From a bacterium UBP2_UBA2255 (GTDB lineage Bacteria; Edwardsbacteria; AC1; EtOH8): 30,718 bases of DNA. Below the pieces are notes generated by a model, which saw only the letters and a program-made list of their open reading frames with translations, was not told where the DNA came from and made no database searches. The position numbers and the translations under genes are program-made. Below, piece by piece: positions 23,822-30,718 of the stretch (its first letter is position 1; each line of letters begins with the position of its first letter). The stretch is taken from the NCBI GenBank assembly GCA_002347565.1, contig DDXR01000054.1:1-30718 (forward strand). Direction: 5' to 3'.

Positions 23822-26804
23822 TAGCAGGGACATTTCCCCGGCCGCCCGCGGCCAGCTGCTGGAGCAGACCCTGGACTTCTTCCGCGAACTGCGGAGCGGC
23901 GCGCCCGGCCCCCTCCTGCTGCAGCGAGTGGCCGAGTCGGTGCGGGGCGTCCTTGGATTCCGGCGGGTGCTGATCTTTGCCCGGTGCGGCGGCACGGAGC
24001 TGGCGCCGCTGGTCGACCTGGGCGGACCGGAAGGCGGCGGGGCGACTGGCCGACCGGAGCTGCCGGAGGCCTTGCTGACCGATGCGCACCGGCTCGGCGC
24101 CAGTTACTTCATCCGTCACGACGATCCGTCATGGGCCCCCGGTGACCGCCTGCGGCGGCCGGATGGCCAGGCCGTTCCGGACAACAGCCGGTGGCGGGCG
24201 GGCGATGCGTTGCTGACCCCGGTGGTGACGCCGTCCGGCGCCCTGGCGGGAGTGATCGCGGTGGACGAGCCGGACGACGGCGGCCTGCCTGGCGCCGACA
24301 TCCTGCAACACCTCGAGCTTTTCGCTCTGGAGGCGGCGCAGATCATGGACCCGGAGGGCGCCGCCGCCCTGGCTGCCGCCGCCCGCCGGGTGGCATGGCT
24401 GGACTTACTGCTGTCCCACTCACAGCCGGTTCCTGCCGGAGCAGCGATCATCCTGCTGGACGAGACCCGGGCCGTCGCCTACGCCAACGCCGCGGCGCAG
24501 CAGCTGATGTCTGGCGGTGAACCGTCGCTTTCCGCACTGCCCCTGGCGCCGGCGGACCGGGAATGGCTGGAGCAGGGGCTGGCCATGGTCGAGCAGGGGT
24601 CAGGTCCGGCGCTGCGCCGGGTGCTGAGCCTGGACGACGCCCTGGTCGAAGCCCGGTTGCAGCGGATGGCCGGCGCCGCGGCGAAGGGATACGCGCTGCT
24701 GCTGAGCCGCGCCGGCGACGAGACCGCCGCCCGGTTCCGTACGATTCGCGAGGACATCGATGCCTCGATCGACGGCGAAACGATCGGCGCCTACCTGCTG
24801 ACGGCGCTGCGAAACGCGGTCGGGTTCGACCGGGCTGCGATATTCTGCCGGGAGCGGGGCGGGCAGTACCGGACGTTGGCCAACGCCGCCCTGTTGGCGA
24901 AAAGCGAGCCGGCACGCGAGTTCTCGCCGGCCGCCGGCTTGGCGGCGGCCGCGGCGGCCGAAGGCCGGGCGCTGACACTGACCGGCGCTGCCGGGCAGCT
25001 GTCGGGCGGACTGGGAATCGCCGGCGTGGATGAGGCCGCGCTGACATCAGCGATCGTTTGCCCGCTGGCCGAGCACCGCCAGCCGGCCGGGCTGCTGGTG
25101 CTGGCCCGCCAAGGCGGCCCCCCCTACGCCCAGGCCCATGCCGCGTTGCTGGCCGAGCTGTCACCGCTGCTGGCGGCCGTCATCGGCCGCGCCCGGGTGG
25201 CCGAGAAGGCCCGCACCGAAAGTCTGCTGCGCAACAAGCTGTACGAGATTGGCTTCTCGGCGGGCTCCGTGCTGCAGATCGGGAGCGTGCTGTCCCTGAT
25301 GATCCGCACCATCGCGCGCGAGCTGCGGGTGGACGAGATCGGCATCTATTTCTACGATGACGTGCTGGGCGAATGGAACGGCAAGTCGATCATGGTGCGG
25401 AGCGACAGCCCCGGGTTCCTGCAGCTGGCGCGGGCGGCCGGGGTCAAGCTGGATCAGCAGCGGCTGATGGAGATCCGCGACATCACGGCCGAGGTCATCG
25501 GACGGGCCGAGCCGGAGATCATCCCCGACCTGTCGGCCGACCGGCGCTTCATCCAGCCGTTCCCCGGCGCCGGCCTGCGCTCCGGCCTGTGGCTGCCGCT
25601 CAAGGTCAAGGACAAGGCCATCGGCGCGCTGGCGGCGCTGTCGCGCCAGCCGGCCTACTTCACCAGGGACGACCTGGCACTGCTGGAGCAGGTGGCGCCG
25701 CTGGTGACCTTTGCCCTGCGCAGCGCGATGTTCTACGAGGAGATCCGGCGAGAGGGCAGCCGGTTGGCCGCCATCATCAGCTCCATGCCCGAGGGCCTGC
25801 TGATGGTCGACGCCGGGTACAAGGTGATCATGGGCAACGAGGCGTTCGAGAAGCTGTGGGGGCTGAAGGACCAGGTGCGCGGCGGCGCCGATCTCAAGGA
25901 CGATGTCCTGCCCAGGCTGCTCGAGCGCCTGATCGACAACGGCCCCCTGCTGGAGTTCTTCCGGCACAGCGCGGCCGCCCCCGGCGACGCGGCGCAGCCG
26001 GTCGAGGTCGAACTGGTCGACCACCGTTTCCTGCGCATCGGATCGTTCCCGGTCGAGGATTCCGACCGGCCGCGGTCCGGGTCGGTGCTGCTGTGCCAGG
26101 ACATCACCACCGAGAAGCAGGTGGCCCGGCTGCGCGAGGAGTTCGTGGGCATGCTGTCGCACGACCTGCGCAACCCGCTGGCGGCGATCATCGCCACCCT
26201 GGAGCTGTCGCTGGACGGGAGCCTGGGCGACCTCAACGAGAACCAGCAGCAGTTCCTGACCAACGCGATGAACGACAGCCGCCGCATGCTGGGGATGCTC
26301 AACGACTTGCTGGACGGCTACAAGTACGAGTCGGTCCAGCTCAAGCTGGAGAAGACCCAATTCGATCTCACCCAGGTGATCGCCAACCTGTCGGCCGAAT
26401 ACTCGTCGCTGGCCCGGGAGCGCGAGATCGAGCTGCTGCAGGACATGCCGGTCCGGCTGACGGTGCTGGCCGACGAGAGCAAGGTCAACCGGGTGATTTC
26501 GAACCTGCTCTCGAACGCGCTCAAGTTCACCCCGCGTCGCGGACGGATAGTGGTCAAGGCGGCCGAGCGGCCGAAACTGGTCGAGATCTCGGTGACCGAC
26601 ACCGGCGAGGGCATCCCGCCCGAGGACCAGGAGCGCGTGTTCGAGAAATTCTACCAGGTGCAGAAACGCAAATTGGGGCGCAAGACCGGCACCGGGCTGG
26701 GCCTGCCATTGTGCCGCCAGCTGGTGGAGGCCCACGGCGGCACGATCTGGGTGGAGAGCCAGTACGGCAGGGGCAGCACGTTTGTCTTCACCCTGCCGAA
26801 GTGA
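23814..26804 (+). CDS. Cytoplasmic multi-GAF/PAS sensor histidine kinase (996 aa)
   Basis: 'VGMLSHDLRNPLAAI' HisKA H-box. 'ISVTDTGEGIPPEDQERVFEKFYQV...GTGLGLPLCRQLVEAHGG' HATPase. ATG 23814 overlaps the upstream stop (ATGCCTGA). Confidence 0.85.
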   Translation: MPDSRDISPAARGQLLEQTLDFFRELRSGAPGPLLLQRVAESVRGVLGFRRVLIFARCGGTELAPLVDLGGPEGGGATGRPELPEALLTDAHRLGASYFIRHDDPSWAPGDRLRRPDGQAVPDNSRWRAGDALLTPVVTPSGALAGVIAVDEPDDGGLPGADILQHLELFALEAAQIMDPEGAAALAAAARRVAWLDLLLSHSQPVPAGAAIILLDETRAVAYANAAAQQLMSGGEPSLSALPLAPADREWLEQGLAMVEQGSGPALRRVLSLDDALVEARLQRMAGAAAKGYALLLSRAGDETAARFRTIREDIDASIDGETIGAYLLTALRNAVGFDRAAIFCRERGGQYRTLANAALLAKSEPAREFSPAAGLAAAAAAEGRALTLTGAAGQLSGGLGIAGVDEAALTSAIVCPLAEHRQPAGLLVLARQGGPPYAQAHAALLAELSPLLAAVIGRARVAEKARTESLLRNKLYEIGFSAGSVLQIGSVLSLMIRTIARELRVDEIGIYFYDDVLGEWNGKSIMVRSDSPGFLQLARAAGVKLDQQRLMEIRDITAEVIGRAEPEIIPDLSADRRFIQPFPGAGLRSGLWLPLKVKDKAIGALAALSRQPAYFTRDDLALLEQVAPLVTFALRSAMFYEEIRREGSRLAAIISSMPEGLLMVDAGYKVIMGNEAFEKLWGLKDQVRGGADLKDDVLPRLLERLIDNGPLLEFFRHSAAAPGDAAQPVEVELVDHRFLRIGSFPVEDSDRPRSGSVLLCQDITTEKQVARLREEFVGMLSHDLRNPLAAIIATLELSLDGSLGDLNENQQQFLTNAMNDSRRMLGMLNDLLDGYKYESVQLKLEKTQFDLTQVIANLSAEYSSLAREREIELLQDMPVRLTVLADESKVNRVISNLLSNALKFTPRRGRIVVKAAERPKLVEISVTDTGEGIPPEDQERVFEKFYQVQKRKLGRKTGTGLGLPLCRQLVEAHGGTIWVESQYGRGSTFVFTLPK

Positions 26805-26886
26805 GGCGCCGGGGTACAGCCCGGCCGGCGACGGCTTCGGTCCGCAGACAGAACAATCCCACCGCCACACCGTGGAGACAGCAACC

Positions 26887-27261
26887 ATGCCCAAGAAGAT
26901 CATGGTGGTAGACGACGAGCCCTACATCGCGCGGGTGATCAAGTTCAAGCTGGAGCAGGAGGGGTACATCGTCATTTCCGCCAATGACGGCGTCACCGGC
27001 CTGGCCAAGATCCGCGAGGAGAAGCCGGACATGGTCCTGCTGGACGTGATGATGCCGGGCATGACCGGCTATGAGGTCTGCCAGCAGATCAAGGGTGACG
27101 CCGAGCTGGCGGGCATCCCCGTGGTGATCCTGACCGCCAAGGGCCAGGAACGGGACCGCGAGCACGGCTTCTCGATGGGGGCCAGCGATTACATCACCAA
27201 GCCGTTCTCACCCAACCGGCTGCTGGAGCTGGTCAAGTCGATCGTGGGGGAGGCCAGGTAG
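26887..27261 (+). CDS. Single-domain (CheY-like) response regulator receiver
   Basis: 'IMVVDDEPYI', 'DMVLLDVMMPGMTGYEV', 'ILTAKGQ'. 124 aa, no output domain. ATG at 26887 inside track ORF 26782... Confidence 0.85.
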   Translation: MPKKIMVVDDEPYIARVIKFKLEQEGYIVISANDGVTGLAKIREEKPDMVLLDVMMPGMTGYEVCQQIKGDAELAGIPVVILTAKGQERDREHGFSMGASDYITKPFSPNRLLELVKSIVGEAR

Positions 27262-27264
27262 CGC

Positions 27265-28596
27265 ATGATCCGGTGGCTGGGCATCCTGGCGCTGCCGCTG
27301 GCGGTTGCCCTGCTGGCGATCCCGGGGCCGGTCGCCGTCAAGGCGGCCGGGCTGGCGGCGGCCGCCCTGCTGGGGGCCTGGGGCGCGTCCCTGGCGGTGC
27401 AGCTGTCCCGCGGCCGGGCCGAGCTGAAGAACATGAGCCGCAACTTGGTGTCGGTGCGGGAGTCCTCCCAGGCCCAGATCAAGAACGCGGCACAGGAACT
27501 GGTTCGGCTCAGGGAGAAGGGCGAGGAGACGCGCAAGGCGCTCGAGGCCCAGCTGTCCCAGCTCGACGTTATCATCAACAACCTCCCGGCCGGGGTGATC
27601 GTGGCCGGCCCGGACGGCGCCATCGTCTGGTCCAACGCCGCCGTCGAGCGCTTGACGGGATGGACGGCCAAGGAGATGGCCGGGCAGAACTGGAACCTGG
27701 TGTTCCGGGACCCGCTGGGGGAGAAGCCCGGAGCGCGGGAGGTGGCGCTGGCGGGCAGGAATACGGCCGAGATCGACCAGGACAAGCTCTACTGCCGCAC
27801 CGGGCAGGAGCTGAACGTCAACACGGTGCTGTGGCGGTTCGCTCAGACCGAGCGGATCGGCTGGCTGTTCACTGCCAAGGCGCAGGCCGTCGACTACAAC
27901 CGTCTGCGCGACGAGTTCGTCACCAACATCTCCCACGAGCTGCGGACGCCGCTGACCGTGATCAAGGGCTACGCCGAGATCCTGCACGAGGAAGCCAAGG
28001 CCGCCGACAGCCCCAGCCTGGAATTCCTGAGCGTCATCCTGCAGCAGAGCGAGCGGCTGGGCGGGCTGCTGGAGTCGATCCTCAACTTCCGCGAGGCCAG
28101 CGCCGGGCTGATCGGCCTGCGGCAGGAGAAGGTGGACATCCTGCTGCTGATCGGCACGATCGTCAGGGACCACGAGGCCAAGGCCCGGGCCAAGAGCATC
28201 GCCATCGAGCGCGCCGTCCCCGACAGCATGGCCCCGGCCATGGGCGATTTCAACGCCCTGCGGTTCGCATTCGACCACATCCTCGACAACGCCATCAAGT
28301 TCTCCCCGCCGGGCAGCACGGTCCGGATCGAGGCCGGCGACCTGCGGCTGGTCGACACAGCCTGGAAGCAGGAGATCCGGATCATCGACAGGGGGCCGGG
28401 CATCGCGCCCCAGGACCTGCCCCACATCTTCGAGAGGTTCTACCGCACCGACCAGAAGGTGCACACCCAGGTCGGCACCGGCATCGGGCTGTCATCGGCC
28501 AAGGAGATCATCGAGAACGTGGGCGGCGACATCCTGGTGGAGAGTTTCCCCGGCAAGGGCAGCACGTTCACGGTGCAGATCCCGATCGTGGCGTGA
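27265..28596 (+). CDS. Membrane-anchored PAS sensor histidine kinase
   Basis: Two N-terminal TM helices. 'FVTNISHELRTPLTVIKGY' H-box. 'GTGIGLSSAKEIIENVGG' G2 box. Starts 3 nt after the RR stop. Confidence 0.85.
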   Translation: MIRWLGILALPLAVALLAIPGPVAVKAAGLAAAALLGAWGASLAVQLSRGRAELKNMSRNLVSVRESSQAQIKNAAQELVRLREKGEETRKALEAQLSQLDVIINNLPAGVIVAGPDGAIVWSNAAVERLTGWTAKEMAGQNWNLVFRDPLGEKPGAREVALAGRNTAEIDQDKLYCRTGQELNVNTVLWRFAQTERIGWLFTAKAQAVDYNRLRDEFVTNISHELRTPLTVIKGYAEILHEEAKAADSPSLEFLSVILQQSERLGGLLESILNFREASAGLIGLRQEKVDILLLIGTIVRDHEAKARAKSIAIERAVPDSMAPAMGDFNALRFAFDHILDNAIKFSPPGSTVRIEAGDLRLVDTAWKQEIRIIDRGPGIAPQDLPHIFERFYRTDQKVHTQVGTGIGLSSAKEIIENVGGDILVESFPGKGSTFTVQIPIVA

Positions 28597-28659
28597 ACCA
28601 CGGGCGCCCCGGCTGGCCCCATCCAATCCATCAATTCCACCGCTCTCACCCTGGCGACG

Positions 28660-30414
28660 ATGCCGCTGCGACGCTGCCGTTTCAACACCCGCCCGATGCC
28701 GGCCGGATCGCCGGCCCGGGCTGGACTGCTGGCCGCCGCCGCGGTGCTTATTCTGAGCCGGCCACTGTCCGCGGACGTGGTGATCAACGAGGTTGGCTAC
28801 AACATGGACCCCCGGGGCGACACCGGCAGGGAATGGATCGAGCTGTTCAATCCCGATTCCGTGTCCCGCGACCTGTCGGGGTACCAGTTGTATCCGAGCA
28901 AGACCCCGCGGTACACCATACCGCCGGGTTTCGTCATGGGGCCGCGGTCGTTCCTGCTGGTGCATCTGCGGCTGGCCGGGCAGGACACCGACACCGATCT
29001 GTACGAGGGCACGGCGCCGACCAGCAACATGCCCAACAGCAGGGGTTCGGTCGCGTTCTTCACGAGCGACTATCCCGCTGCGACCATCGCCGATTTCATC
29101 CAGTACGGGGACAGCGGGCAGACCTACCAGTCCAGCGCGGCCGCCGCCGGTATCTGGACGAGGGGACAGTTCGTCGATACCGTGCCGTGCGGCTGGTCGC
29201 TGGGGCTGGCCGCCGACGGCCGCGACTCCAACCGGGTGTCGGACTGGACCGGGTTCCCGTCCCCCACGCCCGGGTATTCCAACAATCCGCCGCCGTGCGA
29301 CGCGGCGGTCACCGGCATCGCCACCGATCCCGCCGCGGTCCCCCCGCGCCAGCCCTTCACGCTGCGGGCCGCGGTCGCCAGCCGCGGGGCCAGCGCAGCG
29401 CGCCGCTTCGCGGTCACCGTCTTCTCGGACGACGACCGCGACTCCCTGCCGGGACCCGGGGAGCGGGTCTTCTTCCAGACGGTGATCGATTCGGTCGCGA
29501 GCCCCCAGGCCGTCGCCTGCCCGATGCCCGGGCTGGACGAGGGCGTCCACCAAGTTTCCGTCGCCGTTGCTTGCAGCGCCGACGCCTATCCCTGGAACAA
29601 CTGCCTGGCCGTGGCGCTGACCGTCGGCAGCCCGCTGGCCATCAACGAGGTGATGTACGGCCCGGCGCCGGGCCAGCCCGAGTGGATCGAGCTTGTCAAC
29701 CGGTCGGCCGCGGCGGTCGACCTCCGCGGCTGGACCATCGAGGACCTGTCGGCCGCGCCGAAGATCGTCGACACGGCGCACGCCACGGTCCCCCCGCAGG
29801 GCTACGTCGTCCTGACCCAGACCGCCGGCCTGCCGTGGGCGCCCTGCCCGGTGCTGCGGCCGGCCGGGGGCCTGCCGTCGCTGAACAACGACGAGGAGTT
29901 GGTGTGCCTGCGGGACGGCCGGGGCGCCATCGTCGAACAGGTGCGCTATTCAGGCGGCTGGGGCGGCGGCGACGGCGTGTCGCTGGAACGGATCAACCCG
30001 TTTCTGCCGCCTTCCGAGCGCTGGTCGTGGGGGGGCAGCGTCGCCGCGGCCAGGTCGACGCCGGGAGCTCGGAACAGCGTCTATCTGGAGCGGCCGGGCG
30101 GCGGCACGCCGTTGGACGCGTCGCCCAACCCCTTCTCCCCCGGCGACGGCGGCAGCCTGATCATCTCCCTGGCCCTCGGATGGAACCGGGCCGCGGTGAC
30201 GCTGCGGATCTACGACCGGCTGGGCCGCCCGGTGCGGACACTGGCCCGGGAGCGGGAGCTTCCCGGGATCACGGACCTCGTCTGGGACGGCCGCGACGAC
30301 GGCGGGTCGGTCTGCGCGATGGGCCTGTACGTGATCAGCCTGGAGGCGAGGGACGTGGGCGGCGGCGGCGCGGTCAGGAAGGCCAGGACCGTGGCCGTGG
30401 CCAGGAAACTGTGA
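28660..30414 (+). CDS. Secreted protein with two lamin-tail domains (LTD) and a C-terminal FlgD-Ig/T9SS-type sorting-like domain
   Basis: 'VVINEVGYNMD...EWIELFNP' and 'AINEVMYGPAPGQPEWIELVNRSAAAVDLRGWTIED' are LTD signatures. C-terminal 'NPFSPGDG...LRIYDRLGRPVRTL...WDGRDDGGSVCAMGLYVISLEA' resembles a CTD. Alternative start at Met13 (28696). Confidence 0.65.
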   Translation: MPLRRCRFNTRPMPAGSPARAGLLAAAAVLILSRPLSADVVINEVGYNMDPRGDTGREWIELFNPDSVSRDLSGYQLYPSKTPRYTIPPGFVMGPRSFLLVHLRLAGQDTDTDLYEGTAPTSNMPNSRGSVAFFTSDYPAATIADFIQYGDSGQTYQSSAAAAGIWTRGQFVDTVPCGWSLGLAADGRDSNRVSDWTGFPSPTPGYSNNPPPCDAAVTGIATDPAAVPPRQPFTLRAAVASRGASAARRFAVTVFSDDDRDSLPGPGERVFFQTVIDSVASPQAVACPMPGLDEGVHQVSVAVACSADAYPWNNCLAVALTVGSPLAINEVMYGPAPGQPEWIELVNRSAAAVDLRGWTIEDLSAAPKIVDTAHATVPPQGYVVLTQTAGLPWAPCPVLRPAGGLPSLNNDEELVCLRDGRGAIVEQVRYSGGWGGGDGVSLERINPFLPPSERWSWGGSVAAARSTPGARNSVYLERPGGGTPLDASPNPFSPGDGGSLIISLALGWNRAAVTLRIYDRLGRPVRTLARERELPGITDLVWDGRDDGGSVCAMGLYVISLEARDVGGGGAVRKARTVAVARKL

Positions 30415-30469
30415 CGGCACCGGCCAATACCGAACTGCGGCCAACGAGATGGCGACGAGAGCACCGGGC

Positions 30470-30718
30470 ATGATCCACGTCTACACCGGCAACGGCAAGG
30501 GCAAGACCACGGCCGCGCTGGGACTGGCGATGCGGGCCGCCGGACAGGGCCGGAAGGTCCGGGTGGTGCAGTTCATGAAGGGCAGGACCAACTACGGGGA
30601 GCTGCGTTCCGCCAGGAAGCTGGGGATCGGCATCCGCCAGTTCGGCCGGCCGGATTTCGTCGACAAGCGGAACCCCCACCCCGAGGACGTGCGCGGCGCC
30701 CAGCAGGCGCTGGCTTTT
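30470..30718 (+). CDS. cobO: Cob(I)yrinic acid a,c-diamide / cob(I)alamin adenosyltransferase (CobO/BtuR), 3'-truncated at the window edge
   Basis: 'IHVYTGNGKGKTTAALGLAMRAAGQGRKVRVVQFMKG' P-loop signature of the CobA/BtuR family. Confidence 0.8.
   Translation, partial: MIHVYTGNGKGKTTAALGLAMRAAGQGRKVRVVQFMKGRTNYGELRSARKLGIGIRQFGRPDFVDKRNPHPEDVRGAQQALAF

Noticed and set aside
1-30718. CRISPR arrays, rRNA genes, integrase/recombinase or a reverse transcriptase completing a DGR with the Avd-family protein
   Set aside because: No regularly spaced direct repeats, no rRNA-like conserved stretches and no RT or integrase motifs were found in any plausible ORF. The Avd-family gene is reported as standalone.

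Overview
This is a GC-rich (~70%) bacterial chromosomal segment. Nearly all genes are on the + strand, apart from a short minus-strand block: LysM gene, TPR gene, tRNA-His(GTG). No rRNA and no CRISPR array were seen. Read 5' to 3', the supported content is: (1) a housekeeping-type stretch: S41 C-terminal processing peptidase (3' part), NYN/YacP-like protein, a tiny lysine-rich basic ORF with a strong SD, NifS/IscS cysteine desulfurase, a GGDEF diguanylate cyclase and an M20D amidohydrolase. (2) An odd small-gene cluster: bacterial SET-domain protein, DUF559 endonuclease-like protein, DUF3303-like protein and a secreted hypothetical. (3) A four-gene redox operon: NuoE-like gene, a secreted WG-repeat protein gene, a HndC/bifurcating-type NuoF-like gene, and a 1179-aa fusion of a 2Fe-2S ferredoxin, a GltD-like FAD/NAD(P)H module and a NuoG/FdhA-like Fe-S plus truncated molybdopterin domain that appears to lack the catalytic Cys/Sec. 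This looks like a candidate Nfn/Stn/SfrAB-like electron-bifurcating NAD(P)H oxidoreductase with unusual architecture. (4) An IS200/RAYT-type tyrosine transposase flanked by identical REP-like hairpins. (5) An SPFH/flotillin-like membrane protein and a LolA-like periplasmic protein, ending in a bidirectional terminator. (6) tRNA-His with a near-consensus sigma70 promoter, whose terminator hairpin contains the SD of the downstream TPR-LysM genes. (7) A four-helix-bundle (Avd/23S-IVP family) protein gene. (8) A PafB/PafC-like pair of WYL-domain regulators with its own promoter and terminator. (9) A tightly coupled signalling operon: GAF-HD-GYP phosphodiesterase, a 996-aa multi-GAF/PAS histidine kinase, a CheY-like single-domain response regulator, a second membrane PAS histidine kinase, and a secreted protein with two lamin-tail domains and a T9SS/FlgD-Ig-like C-terminal domain. 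The window ends with a partial cob(I)alamin adenosyltransferase gene. The long minus-strand and alternate-frame ORFs in the track are judged to be GC-driven artefacts.
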